A DNA stretch of 64,000 nucleotides from Auanema rhodensis (GCA_964057225.1 OZ059895.1:16430001-16494000); one strand, 5' to 3'; counted from the first letter of the stretch, positions 1 to 13,721 are shown. The notes: a model not told the origin generated them from the letters alone. Numbers and translations: made by a program.

Positions 1-606
1 CACCGCAACCTGATAAGGAGATAGTGAACTGTGACCGAGGCTGTGCCCACACTCTTGATTAATCCGTTTCATTGACTTCTTCTCAAATACATTTTCTGTG
101 TTCTGTCACTCATATACACCTGCACCTTATCAGTTTTTTGATTTTTCCTATTGTTGGCCAAAAGAAACAAATTTTTTGACAGAAGATTAAGATAAAGAAC
201 TCATGTTATATGATATAATTAATTTGTATTAAAGTCAAATATTTGATAAAGAAATAAAGAAAATTCTAGAGATTTGAGTCGTTGACGACGACGTCTTCAA
301 TGTATTTGAGAAGAATCGGATAGCTTTCGCATTTCCGGATCTGTCAGTTCAGATTGCACTTGAATAGCTGAGGAAGTGCTACCGTATGATCTGTGCAAGT
401 TTAATGTATTTCGTTGCTCTGAATTTGCTCTCTTTGAGAGAGTTTGAGCTTGAGAAACAAAAAAAAAGCTTCATCTCTATCTTTTCACTCAGACTTTGAC
501 CATATTTCAATCAGTTTTCAATCAAAAATTTGATATAAAACAGAACTTTTGAGAGGAAAGGATGTGAAGGTTGAATTTTTAAAAATGGAAAAATTGGTTC
601 ATAAAA

Positions 607-867
607 CTAACCGTTTGGCTTGGAAGCCTGAGATGCAGATGTGGCGGTAGGCTGAATACCGGAACCGGGTTGATTGAAGGCAGCCAGAAGCATTGGATTA
701 AAAGCATAAAAATTTGGAGGAATAGAAGCTGATGCTTGTGGCGATGACATCATTAGCCGTTGATAGGCGGCTAATAACTGTTGAGATGATACGCCATTTG
801 AATAGAATTGCAACATATGCTGTGGGAAGTTCAATGAGCCGGCAGCGGCATCAGAAGATGAATCATC
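607..867 (-). CDS. irx-1: irx-1 last coding exon ([10 protein letters not shown]...ASKPNG*)
   Basis: 51-nt intron ending ATTACAG, in frame with ORF 607..834, TAG stop at 609..607. Confidence 0.88.
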   Translation of the reverse strand, partial: DDSSSDAAAGSLNFPQHMLQFYSNGVSSQQLLAAYQRLMMSSPQASASIPPNFYAFNPMLLAAFNQPGSGIQPTATSASQASKPNG

Positions 868-3800
868 CTGTAATCATGAGTTGGTTAGATAGCCGCACGG
901 CACGATAAACTTCATTACCTTCATTATTGCTGCAGATGGACCACAGTCAGCCATGGACGAGTCAGCGGATTCTTTACCGTTTTCAGCTGCTTCAATGGTA
1001 TCGGCAATGCTCCAGATGGGCTTCTTCTTGGGAACAGGAGCATCTCCATCAGCGTCATCAGACTCCAGAAGTCGGTATCGTTTCAGTTGTCGTTCAGTAT
1101 CCAGTGGTTCATCATCCTTCACATCATCAGATACATTTGAGTTTGAGCTGGATGGGCGATTCATGTTGTCGAGATCATCATCGTCACCGTCTTCAACACG
1201 ACGGTTAGGTGGAGTCCATTTCTTTTCCTTCTTCAGGCGACGTCTAGCGTTGGCGAACCAGGTTGAAACCTTAAATAAAGCATAGATTATTGATTGAATT
1301 CGAGCATTTTTAAAGTTTTTCTTAAAGTTTAAAAACGAAAAAGTTGGAATATGTCCCTATTTCTCTCTATAACTATATCAACTATATTTCCCAAATTGAA
1401 ATGATTAGATAGGGCTGTCAAAAAGAAAAAAGTTGATGTAAAGTTTGGCGCGAAATGAAATAAAATTTGAAAAATATTCTTGATTTTCAACTTTTTTAAT
1501 GAAATCTTTATATGATTTGTATGTTTGTATAGTTATATATAGTGTGTCTATGTCAGTTGATAGTTATCTCGAACAAGATGGACTACACAAGGACATACAA
1601 GGAAAGTTGTCGTAAGAAAATCAGATGAATTGACAGCTGAACGACGATGATGTCTACACACATACACAGCAGCACATCGACGTCGACAGACAATCAGAAG
1701 GAAAGTTCTCATCATCATCATCATCATAACCGTTGGTGTTGTCGTCGAGAATAATCTCTATTCTCTATAACTCTCACATACTTCTGCTATTACCGCGTAT
1801 TCAGCAGCGTAATTTCATCACACAAAATCATTCGGATGTTTGAAAATGTTTTTTTTTTGATTTCTACAACCCTGTTCATCAGCTTTTTCATCTCATTTTC
1901 TGTCATATTTGCATGAAAAATGATTTAATGAAATGAAAATTTGTATGAACACGTTGTGCCAGCTGTGTGCCTTGAACAGCAGATTCAGCCTTGAGTTGTC
2001 TCAGCTATACGCGGAGGACGAGTGACAACAGGAGATGATGTGAGAACGAGTAGAAGCGTACTAGCTGAAGAGAGAGAGAGAGAGAAAATGACGCTGTGCT
2101 TGTGGTAGAAGGAAGAATAGGGGGCAAGGGTGTTGCTGATTTTTTGTTTTGTTGTAAAATTTTAAAACAAACGATTTGTTTGAAAAATTGTCAAAAAATC
2201 TGATAGAAAGTTCAGAGAGCGAGATTTTTCAGAGAACAAGATGGTGAATGTGCGAAACTGCGGCAAACGATGTAGAGAGACAAGGAGAGAGAGAGAAAGG
2301 GAGAACGATTGAATGGATAGGCTGACGTGATGCTGATGGCATGCTGATTCTGAAGCCACATCGAGCATCTGTCGAGTATTTGCTGTTGGCACGTGTCAGC
2401 TATTGGCACTGGTTGAGGTGAATATAGTGTGTGTGAGAGAGGCAAAAGGCGATTACAAAGCTTGAACGGAAAAAAGGTTCCGCCGATTTTTGTTTTTACA
2501 TGCCATGTGTGGGCTGTCAGAAATTCGAGTTTGAAGAAGTGCTAATAGCTGTTTAAGGCGGCATAATGCGGCAAGTTGCTTTGAAATTTCTTAACTGAGA
2601 TGGGTATGCTTACCTGAGTCATCGACATCTTTGTAACCATAGCAAGCATGACTTTCTCGCCTTTGCTTGGATATGGATTCTTCCAGTGGTCCGTGAGCCA
2701 GTTCTTCAATGGCAGAGTAGTTTCACGGGTGGCATTCTTTCTTCGGGTTGTATCCAAAGCATATGGATGATAAGCAATAGTTGATGGATCATAGACGATG
2801 CCGGGGAATGGTCCAGCACCACCGGCAGATAGGCCTTGACTACCGACAACAGAAGCAGCTTGAGCAGCGCTGAAGTCTTGTAACTGAAAACATATTGATT
2901 AATAGGATTATCCATATTTATTCAAGTTATATAATAATGATTATACTATATAGTTTGGGCAAAAATATATAATATAATCCAAGTTTCAAGCTCATATAAA
3001 TAGTATCGTAGATAACATGTGACTAGTCGAGCAAAAGGAGAGGGGGAGGGAGGAGAGATTGCACAAAGCTACAAGCTTAAGCTGGGTATACGGTATCATG
3101 TGCTAGCTTACTAGGCTAGCAATGAATGCTTTTAGAAGACCAAAAAAAGAATGAAACGAATAGACGAGAAGCAAAACATGCGCTGATGTTTTGGTACTGC
3201 TAACAGCAGCATCGGTAGCATTGGTGCAAGCAAAATATATAAAAAAAGGGAGAAAAAGTATGAGAGAGAGGGAGGAATAGAAGAAAAAATTAAAAAAAGG
3301 AAGCACACGATGACGGCTTTGACAAACATAAGTGCTGCTAAATTGAAATTACTTTATTCATTTCTATGCTTTTCCTCATATTGCTCAAATCTATTTGCAA
3401 GCAGCAGATGTACCTCCTTATTCTTCCTTTCCAACTTTCTCTCTCCCTCTCATTCTCTCTCTGGCCTTTGCTAACTCACTTGAACTATGCCCTGAAGGCA
3501 TTTGTGGGAGTTGAGAATCTGAATATGTTGCTTATCGACTACCGACGTCGTATACGGTAATGAAACACAAGTTTGTCGGATGATGAAACAGAAGACGCTC
3601 AAAGCAACCTATTTGCAGCATGTGCAAAAGATTTGACTTTTTCGGAATGGTCAGGACCGGAACCGATTATCACGTCATGTCAAGCAAAGGCTGCTGTCCT
3701 TGGACCTTATAGCATGTTAAAGATGCCGAGGACCCTTTAGAAAGAAAAAGAGATAGAGAGAGAAAGAGTGTGAGTATAAAAGAGAGTAAGAGACTTAGTT

Positions 3801-5333
3801 ATCTCAACCGAAATATAAGATCTACTCTGTTAATCTTATTAAGAACTAATTTACCTATAATCAGACAAGAACAACAACCTCAACCTGTGTCAACCGGAAT
3901 GTCATTAGCAGGGCAGACTGACAAAGTTGGCTGCCATGTCGGCTCATGATCAAAGAGCTCTAGCTAATTAGGCAATCATGTAAGACAGTAAGTCATTTAA
4001 CCTCATTTGCTTCTTGATGACAAGTACCGAAGTGAAGCATGAGACATAGCATCATATAGACAGCAGCTCTCGTATGATACTTCATCGGCATGAGTCAAAG
4101 AGGTGCTCAAGCATTGCGTTTATACCACAAAATTATATGTTTAAATGTAAATGAATACTATATATACATATGATATTGATATGTCTAATACTTCCTTCTT
4201 TAACTATGCTAACTATATAGTCTTTATACTATATCATATAAGTAGTATATTGTTGAGGATCTTATGTAGAAGCTGAAGAGGTTGTATAGTTAAAGGAAGG
4301 AGAAGGTTTGTTGTTTCATAAAGAAAGAGAGAGAGAGAAAGAGATCTCAAAGATTTTCGCATATGTATTTCCTAAGTATTCACATAATGTCACACGATAA
4401 CTATATCATATAGCTAATAAAAAGCTGCCGACGTATGTGTATGTATATGCTTCAGAAGCATGAGCATGAACATACTCTTACTCGGATCTCTCAATAAACT
4501 CAATTTGGCTTTTACTTACCTGTCGAAGAACACTAGCTTGATGCATAAGTTGCATTGGAAGATTTGATCCGTTAGGAACACCTGGCATCATTGATCCGAG
4601 AGCTTCTACATTTGGTTGAACTCCAGTATTGAATGGAAATTGTCCGCTGGCTGACAGCAAGCCAGAACTAGCCAGATAACGACTGCAAAAATTTAATTAA
4701 AAATTAAATATAATTAGCATAATTATTGGAAAAATTGATGAGGAAGACATGATCATATCGAAAATTTTGGATGTAATATAGAGAATGACTACTATTGGTT
4801 GTCACAGCATGAGCTAGACATCAATCGTGCTACCATCAACAAGTTGTGGCTTTCAAGTTTGGTAGACTTGAACTTATGTATATGATGAGTTGCAACCGTT
4901 TGCCTCCAAGTTTGCAGCTATTAAGTTCAATTCAGCAGCATCTTCAGCAACTTCTTTTCAACTAGCACCCCCTTCCCCCACAGCTTATTGTCTTCTACAG
5001 CAGCATCATTATCATCATCATCATGTGTTTTTGGCCTTTTTTTCGGTTAGAAGCACCAGCTACGGCGACGACGACGCCAAAATATTGCGAAGACATCATC
5101 CGTAACGTAGCATTCTGTTAGTTACGACAAGACAAATGATGGTAATGAAAATGATGCTGATGACGACGTCAATACATGGTTAGAACTTCAGACCCGAGAA
5201 CCTGTACTTTTTTTGGCCCCATCTAGTGTCATCAATCACTTGACGACGTCGCGGTCGACGTCCGGCCTCGGGGGTGTTGCAAACAAGACAACGAGAATAT
5301 AAAGTCTCATCGTTGTATTTTACCATCTAACCA

Positions 5334-5368
<35 letters not shown>

Positions 5369-5836
5369 GCGTGTTGCTGCTGATAATTAGTTTTAAATAA
5401 ATGTTTTATAACAAAAACTATTTACTTAATAAGAAAATATTAATAACTATATGTTATACTATACAATACTATATATATATATAGTTAGTTAGTTTAATTT
5501 ACCAAAAATGTATGACATGATAACTGATGATGATGATGACCACGTTGAGATGATAACTTTCTTTTTTTTGTCTCAATCTCATCATTTTTCAATATCTACA
5601 CACACTAAATGATTCAAAAATTTGATGAAGAATTGCTTTTCAAAGACGTGTCAAGTCCGAAACGTCCTCGTACGTTTCAGCATGCTCAAATCCGTTTTAT
5701 CAGGTTTTTTTTTCAGGACCGGAATTGAGACAGTGCCAAATAGAAAAATATTGAAAAGCACAAGCTGTGTGGATTGAATCCAAGCACCATACACACATGA
5801 AAAGTGAGTGATAGCTGGTGATGGAGATGGCAATCA

Positions 5837-5884
<48 letters not shown>

Positions 5885-6652
5885 ATATACAAATACACAA
5901 TGAAATAGATGATATTCTGCTGGCGAGAATGTGAACGACGACACAACGTAAACGCTCATACAGGTCCATCAGAATCTTCCGTCTGTTTTTTCCGATCATT
6001 ATGACGCCTTTTGAACGGAAACGGTATGGAAAGACCAAATGACATAACAAAACGACGACGACAATGACAGTCGTCTATTTCTGATTCTATGTCTACGGAA
6101 AGATTCTAAAATTCAACGCGTGTGTGTGTGGTTTTTGAGTAAAAAATGTTGAAAATTGAAAAAAATTGAACAGTTGAAAGATGATAAAACATGGAATTCA
6201 CCAGATGAATATATAGAAAATTGAATAATTAGTATATGTATAAATCATAAAATGGAATAGAAAAACAAGATGTGTGTGTATATATCTCGGGAGATAAAGA
6301 GAGAGAGAGAGGGAGAGCTAGAAAGAGAGAGAGAACTGTATAAAGAGTGAAAGGGAGAAGTTATTCAGATACAGAAAAATAGAAATATTATATCAAAATA
6401 TTGAAAGAAAAAAGACAAAAATAACAATGAAAAATCAATATTTGGGTGAGAAATTTGAAAGAAAAGATGATATAAATGAATAATTTCAACTTACTTCAAA
6501 GCTTCCGGAGTTACAGCGGTCTCAGCGTCTGAACGATGTTGTTGAGCTACTGCGAGAAGCTGGAAAAAAAAGAAAATATATATGGCATTAACGCTGGTAA
6601 AACAAACCTGAGCCTGAGAAAAGGCTGCAGCCGCAGCGGGAAACGTCATCAT
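607..6652 (-). CDS. irx-1: Iroquois-class TALE homeobox transcription factor, ~384 aa; join(6652..6608,6559..6495,4682..4520,2883..2614,1269..919,867..607)
   Basis: Hand-spliced in frame (45+65+163+270+351+261=1155 nt) with GT..AG at all introns (48, 1812, 1636, 1344, 51 nt). Homeodomain [44 protein letters not shown]|[15 protein letters not shown] has the TALE PYP loop and the Irx-type WFANARRR. Acidic stretch and Iro-box-like [10 protein letters not shown] follow. The N-terminus MMTFP resembles Irx MSFP. Confidence 0.95.
919..1269 (-). CDS. irx-1: irx-1 coding exon 5, homeodomain helix 3, acidic region, Iro-box
   Basis: Acceptor TTTATTTAAG; [18 protein letters not shown]...[13 protein letters not shown]; donor AAG|GTAATG. 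Confidence 0.95.
2614..2883 (-). CDS. irx-1: irx-1 coding exon 4, homeodomain helices 1-2
   Basis: Acceptor TTTTCAG, donor CAG|GTAAGC, 90 open codons ending ...[23 protein letters not shown]. Confidence 0.95.
4520..4682 (-). CDS. irx-1: irx-1 coding exon 3 ([10 protein letters not shown]...QASVLRQ)
   Basis: Acceptor TTTTGCAG, donor CAG|GTAAGT, same frame as ORF 4478..4660. Confidence 0.88.
5334..5368. repeat. (CAT)11 microsatellite
   Basis: Perfect trinucleotide run in irx-1 intron 2. Confidence 0.95.
5841..5882. repeat. (GA)21 microsatellite
   Basis: Read directly. Confidence 0.95.
6495..6559 (-). CDS. irx-1: irx-1 coding exon 2 ([21 protein letters not shown])
   Basis: Strong acceptor TTTTTTTCCAG, donor AA|GTAAGT, phase 2 matches exon 3. 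Confidence 0.85.
6608..6652 (-). CDS. irx-1: irx-1 coding exon 1 ([15 protein letters not shown])
   Basis: ATG at 6652 (second ATG at 6649), donor CAG|GTTTGT, 48-nt intron ending TTTTTTTCCAG, phase 0 into exon 2. Not in the ORF track. Confidence 0.8.
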
Positions 6653-7419
6653 TGAGGAAGTCGGTATGGGTAGAGGATAAGGATATCAGAAAGTAGTGAG
6701 TGAGAGAGAGAGAGATATTACAAGAAGAAGATGATGACGATGTGTGTGGTGATTTTGAGGAAGAACAGATCCCAAATACGGCAATAACGATATGGGGGTC
6801 ACCTATAAGAGACAATAGATTAGAATGAAAAGTAACTGATTAATATAAACAAATGGAATATAGTTACGAATACATACGAATACATACATATAGTTAATTT
6901 ATATTAACTATATAATAGAAATAATATTATAATGAAAACGATGACAACGATGACGACGACGAAGAAGAAGAAGAAGAAGTCGAAGTAAGAAGACGACGAC
7001 GACGACGACGAGAAAGTATTGAAGTGAAGAGAATGATAGAAAACAAAAAAAGTTGAACTAAACGAGTGAAACTGAATGGAAACATGAGAAGCGGGTGATA
7101 TGGACGATAGGCTGGCAAAAAAAAGTTGGAAAATTGTTTTAAAAGCAAGAGAAAACATGGATGAAATGGTAAAAAAAAAATTAAAAAATGCATAGGTTGA
7201 ATTGAAGTGGCTGAAACTGAAACTAGCAGCTGAGGAGCTGGAAGTTGCAACTCAAATAATATAGAATATATAGTTAACGAATACACATAATATAGAAGGA
7301 ATAGTAATATTTAGTATAATATACTGTAATAATAAATTAAAGTTTATCATATGCTAATTATCAATATGATGTATAACATGATGTTTTTGTGAATCTGGAC
7401 ATCAGAGTTGTTGTCTCAT

Positions 7420-7620
7420 CAGCCACCCGAGAGGAGGCAAGCCTCTCTCTCTAGTTCGCCCGACCACACCAGTCTCTATCTCTCCGCTCTCTCTCGTCGT
7501 TGTCGACGTTGTCGCAAGCCCCCTCCCCCCCTCAGGACCCAGCCCCCTTGCGCCGGTCGCACTTAGCTCCGCCTACCGGCTGTGCGGCCATTGGTTAAGT
7601 TGTGGGCGTGGCCAGTGTTG
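7420..7620 (-). promoter_or_regulatory. Probable irx-1 proximal promoter (GC-rich island)
   Basis: Locally GC/CpG-rich island ~0.8-1 kb upstream of the ATG. GC box GGGCGTGG at 7604-7611, CCAAT (minus strand) at 7590-7594, G-quadruplex-type G-runs on the minus strand at 7519-7547. Confidence 0.55.
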
Positions 7621-7872
7621 TCTGCGTCTATGCGATATGTGTACACTCTTCATCATATGTGACAAGGACATACGGTAAAGCGAGAGAGAGTGAGGAAAAC
7701 GGAGAGAGAGCACATGTACGAGTTGGTAAAAGGAGTGGAGGGGGGGATAGGAACACATGTTGTTGAACATGGCAGAAATGGTCCATTATGGAAAATGATA
7801 AGATGAAATCGTAACTGGTGTGAATATGGAGACAGAAAAGGAAATAAAGATGAAGATTAATGATTAGAGAAC

Positions 7873-7903
<31 letters not shown>

Positions 7904-10900
7904 AAGAGAGAGAGTAATATAGAGGGAAAAGGAGAAAGAGAGAGAGAAAAAAAATATATAAAGATATATATGTATAAATTAACTAGAGAGGTAGATAAAG
8001 ACAAAATGAAATACTAATGAGAAGGATAAGGAAGATGGACAGGTGTTAACAGAAAGCCTCAAGGGTCGTCGTATTTGAAAACTGGCGATATGGGTGTAAA
8101 TTGAGAGAATGACTATCATAACTGACAAACGATAAAGAGACAAACGTCACACGTAATATAGAATGATAGAGAGAGAAATAAAACCTTTGAAGCGAAGTAG
8201 AGAGAGGGAGAGGAGGAGAGAGCGAAAGATGGAGAGAGATGTGGAAGATGGATGAACTCGAAAACGAAAAAGTTATGAACAACGCGAGAAGTGTCACGTA
8301 CAGAGAGAGAGAGAAAAGGAAGAGAGAGAAACTCTTGTTGATGACATGATCTGTCGTTGGTGCGTGAATGTATGTGTGTGTCTATATTGGTGGTAAGAAT
8401 GTTGCGGTTCTGACTGAAAGTTTAAGCTTCAAGCATGTCTGGGAGCATAAGTTTGAGAAGGAGATTTGACAAAAGGAGAAGAAGGAGTTGATCGAAATGG
8501 GAGGGAAGCAAGTAAAGAGATGAAGATGAATGAGCGTGAGGAATAGTGAGCCAATGAATAAGGTATTGAAGTTTCCGGAAAAAAAGTGGATGAACGTGAT
8601 GATGGCGAATTAGAAATTATGTATGTGAATAGGTGCTTATAATGGCAAAAACGATGATCGTAGCTGCTATGAAGGGGTGGAGACATGGAGGAAGGATGGC
8701 TATGAGCTTGGGAACGTGAATGAAGATGCTTGGCAATGACTAAGATGAAGACAGCTAGATGGGAATGTCTTAGAATGTTGAGAAGAAAATGAATGAAAAG
8801 ACGAGAAAATGGAGCTATGAAAGACATGAATCGTTGTTTCTGTATCTGCGGAAAAAGTGGATAAATTGGACTGAATGAGTAAATGTGTACTCATTGTCGG
8901 GTGGCTTGCCAAGACGACGACGACAACGACGATGACAAAGATGATGGCAATGAAATGAGAGGAGAATACGGTAGAAGCAAGCTCAATGCAGAATAAATGT
9001 GAAAGATTCTGGAGAGAGAGAGAAAGAGAGAATTGAAAAGTTTGAAAAAAGGAATACGCAATGAATTTAAACATAGAGAGCAATTAGAAATGACATAGAA
9101 GAGATGGTAACAACAAGAGCGATGTTGAAAGATGGAGGTACTCTTCGGAAATGAAGTTACAAGCAGCTAAAAAGGAAACGAATTCGGAAATGAGATATGG
9201 AGACAATCAAACTGACCAATGGAGCAAATGCTGTTGATTGAGCTGACATAGCTTGTGTTTGACATCCGGACAGTCAGAGGGACAGGGAGAAGCATTGAGA
9301 TAGAGAGAGGGAGAGGGGCGGAGAGAGAGAGAGAGGAGGAGAAAATAGTATATTTTGACTGACAAACAGGTAGTTGATGAACTGTAACCTGTTGAGGTAT
9401 CTGCTGGTTAGATCATTTGAATAACTTGGTGTCATTCAGCTGTTGTTGGCAGATAATACTTCAGGATGTAGAGAGATAAGTGAGAAGGAAATACTATATC
9501 CAGATTGAAACAAGAGATTCAGGTAGATAAGGCTGTGAACTTAAACTTATGCTGGACATGAAGGAGTAGAGTAGCCAATGGCTAGGTACAAGGAGTTTAG
9601 TATTGACTGGTTGCTATTGCCTGCTTGTCAGGGTGTGATGATGATGATGATGATGATGATGTTGGTAGTGGTGGTAGTGGTGATGATGGTGGAGGCTGCA
9701 GTAGTTCGGATCATTGACAGAGCGACAAGGAAGAGCGGTAGAGAGAGAAGGAGAGAGGCTTCAAAGAGTTGGCTCTTGGATGGTGATTGCAAGAGAAATG
9801 AGAGGTATATGATTGGAAAGAATGGCCACTGGCAGTAGGTGCTAAAGAGAATGAGCTAGAGAGAGAGATGGGTGAGGAATGGAGGGAAATAGAAGAAGGG
9901 AGAGAGAAAAGTTGAGAAGAAGAAGAAGAAGAGTACTGACTTCTACACATCAGAGGTGGATAGTTGTAATAACAAACGAAATAGGCAACAAGAAGAGATG
10001 AGAGACAATGAAAATGATGATGGAAGTGTAATAGAATGGCGGTACGAAAAGTGTCAAACAAGGCAAACAGAAGAAAAGCGAGAAGTGACATATAGGAAGA
10101 AGAGAAATTAAGAGAGAGAGAGAGGAAGAGAGAGAGAGAGAGACAGAGAAAGGGTAAGAAATGATCGGACAGTATCATTATGATAACACTTCATCATACA
10201 TGCAATTGTTCGAACGATGACGATCAGATAGTCGAACTAGACGGTCTCTTCTTCTATCAATTTAACTTTGAAGTGTGAGAACTTCAAGCAAGAAAAGCAA
10301 GAATAAAACTTGCAGAACTGTAAATACAAAAGCTTTGATCGTATATCATCCTACATCTATCTATTCTCTCTTTTTTCCTTTTTTTTCTCGAAAATATACG
10401 AGAAAAGGCATACATGATGAGACTGATCATAGCATAGAGATTGAAATGAAAAGAATCATCATGACAAAGTAGTGAAAGTTATGAAACATGAGAGAGAGAG
10501 AGAGATTGTAGGCTTAAGAAAGTTGTTGCCCAGAGTTGTAGTAGAGAATCTTCTCCCACAACCAGCCCCCCCGTACACCTCAACTCTTATCTATCATCTT
10601 TACCTTCCAGATGTGCTTAGAATGAACTTCGCATTGAGGAAGGAAGCGCATGTTCGGATAGTTGTTGAAGAGTAATGATTGGCTAGGATGTTGTACACTT
10701 CCGGCTTCATGATAACAAGGAAGATAATGTGTTTGATTACATATTTCGTATAGTTATCATGAATAATCGGAAGATGCTGGCATTGATGTTGAAAGGGTAA
10801 AAAGCACTGAGCAATAACATCTACGAAGATATAGACTTTATCCAAGCTTTTGCTAGATGATATGCCTGTGATGATGTGAAGTATAGGATGGGAAGAAGAA

Positions 10901-10996
10901 GAAATAATAGGTTAATCCAAAGTAAAACCTTTTGCAAAAGTTGAATATCTTTAAGTAAAAGCATTATCGAAAAACAGACAGTTACAATGTGACTAT

Positions 10997-11000
<4 letters not shown>

Positions 11001-11046
<46 letters not shown>
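11001..11046. repeat. (GA)23 microsatellite
   Basis: Read directly. Confidence 0.95.
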
Positions 11047-11051
<5 letters not shown>

Positions 11052-11883
11052 TTGGTAATGCAAAGGGCTACGAAGAAGTTAAAAATGATGATGATGATGA
11101 TGTGAGCATTAGCTTCTCTTCCGAACTCCGGATAGCACGTCGGCACGGTAGTGCAAAGAGGAACGGCATTGGGTGTTCAGCCTTTTGACAAAAAGCTTCG
11201 CACATGTGTTGCAAATTGAAAGTCAAAGCTCTCAATAAATTAAATTTCTATCAATTGCTACAACATCATTTGGCAAAATGTGACAAGATAAATGAGCCAA
11301 AGAATAATGTGAGATAGGGTTAGTAGCAGAGAGTTGCAATATGCTGGAAAAAGTTTTCCGACAGAAATAGCCTGGCTAATTGTTTGTGTATGTGTGTGTG
11401 CCTGTGTGTAGATGTGTGAAAGTAAATGTCGGTATAAGTAAATGGAAGTAATGATGATGATGATGATGAAGAAACGATAGGAAATGGATAGTGAACACGG
11501 TAATAGCTGATGTTGATGTGATAGTAGTAGTAGTAGTAATAATAATAAAGTTCGTTATCCTATATACATATGAGGTTTTAATAATTGATTCTTTAAAATA
11601 AATTATAGTTAACTTCACAGAGAGAGAGAGAGAGAGGGAGAGAGAAAGCTACAAAGAGAGACAGTTTGGAGCCATAGAGATAATGAAGCCGGAGATGTTA
11701 ACATCAGTTCGGGTTGTATGGAATGTCATAGTAAGTATATCTATCTATAGTTTAGGCTGATTAGAAGAACAAAACAACTGAACGGCTGCTTCCTTCCATA
11801 TTACTTAGATAAGACGAAGGAGAAATCACGAAAAGTAGCAGGTTGGCTGTAGACATTTCATATCAGATTATCGGAACCAAGAG

Positions 11884-11914
<31 letters not shown>

Positions 11915-13690
11915 GCCTGATGGAGGGCAATGTTGAGCTGTGGTAATGGTTTCATATCAACGAGACAAACTAAATGAAATCACATAAACTTTACATGTTA
12001 AGAAGTTTAAATTCAATGAATTAGACACATAGAAAATGAAATTAATGATTGATAAATAGTATAGTTAACATATTTTTTAATTATATATATATAGTTTAAA
12101 AATTAATTAAATAATAATAATAATAATAATAGAAGAATAGTTGATATAGTGTTACATGGTAACATGTTGTAATAACAAGGCATGTGGCTTGGCTATGAAA
12201 AACATGAGTTATACGGTTGTTTTACTGATGTTGAAAACGAAATAGTACCAGTAACAAGAGGAAAGATAATAAAAATTTCAAAAAAAAATGAGATAAAGAG
12301 GTGAGAAGACAGAGTGAAATAGAGAGAGAGGGAGAGAGAGAGAGTGTAAGAGAGTATAAACAGTATGAGACATTGATAGAGAGCGAGATAGAGAGAGAAA
12401 GAAAGTTTAGAAAAGCTTGATAGTAGTAGCACATAGCAAGGATGATGAGTATTGAGTATGTGATGGGTGGAGCCAGATGCTCAAAATTACAAGTAATGAT
12501 AGTTCAAATAGATTCTGAATGATGTTGATGACATGGAAGGTGTGTAGAAGGACATCGATGACATCCTACGACGTACAATCATCATCGACTTTCATTCAGA
12601 GGAGGCAAAACGACGATTAATGGTAAGAGGCGTGGCTTGTAGCATTGAGCATTCGATATACGAAAGGAAGGAGGAAAATATGAGGCTGCCGAGAAGGAAA
12701 GGAAAAGAGGTTGACAGCACAGAGATCTGTCGTCGATAGCACCCTAATGGGCGGGACATGTATCACCAAACAATTGAAAAAGAGGCGTGGCTAAGCGAAT
12801 GAAGGAAGGAAGAAAGAAATGAAGAGAGATAGAGAGAGAGTATTGAGAGTGTGTGAAAGCTGGTAAGAAGAGTATGTCAGATATGTAAGCAATGAGATAA
12901 AAGTGAGAATTATTAGGATTTTTAAAGAAAAAACGAGAAAAAGAGATGAGAGAGAAGTGAGAAAATGATGTTGGAAGATGGGGTTCAGGGGGTGACGGTG
13001 GTATGAAGAATGGCCAGAGAAGAAGGCGTCACTTAGAAGATGTTTTGTAAGCAAAAATCATTGATATTAAGATATTTAATAACTAATTATATATGATATA
13101 TCAAACTAGATAATGTACTAACTATATGTATAGTATAAGATGTCAGATAATGAGCGAAAATAATGTGTTAAGGATCACTTAAAGTAAAAAGAAGAGCATG
13201 GAACGAGCTATAAGAGCCGGTGTTGTATGTGATGTGAGCTGTGATGCCAATGGCTATGGATGTGCGGTATAGTGGTTGTTCATGTTTTGATGAGAGGCAA
13301 CTTCGGAAAACTATGAAACTGACGATGAGCTTGAAGTTTAAGAAGCACTTATATGGTCGGCATCATATTGAAGTTGGTTGAAGATCAAACAAGAGTTACA
13401 TTGCTTTAAGCTATATATGAAGAATACTGAATGAAGTTATGATGATAATGAATAGATGTTACATCATAGAGAGAGAGAGAGAGAGAGAGAGAAAACTAAT
13501 CACAATAGCATGGCAGACATTCCAGGAATTTTCGTTGAAAAAACTTCGAGATTATGTCATGGTTAGCTCCGTTTATGATCAGAGTGGGGGGGGGGTGCGA
13601 GAAAAGGGTAGAATGTGAGCACATGGTTAACTATTTCCTAAAATAGAAAATGAATAGAGAAAGAGAGTGAGAGAGAGAGAGATGGGTGGT

Positions 13691-13721
<31 letters not shown>

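Noticed and set aside
927-1285. Plus-strand ORFs of 93 and 110 aa
   Set aside because: Antisense shadows of irx-1 exon 5.
5491-5510. Resemblance to the SL1 leader (GTTTAATT.ACC.AA)
   Set aside because: Only a partial match in AT-rich sequence; no following donor or Sm site.
7720-7770. MFNNMCSYPPLHSFYQL as an alternative irx-1 first exon (phase 0)
   Set aside because: The donor is weak (GTACAT). The 6652..6608 exon has a better donor, a typical 48-nt intron and an Irx-like MTFP start.
8046-13054. Many minus-strand ORFs rich in S/L/F/H (up to 155 aa), also 19249..19845 (198 aa)
   Set aside because: Products of (CT)n/(CAT)n low-complexity, stop-poor sequence; no domains or splice structure.
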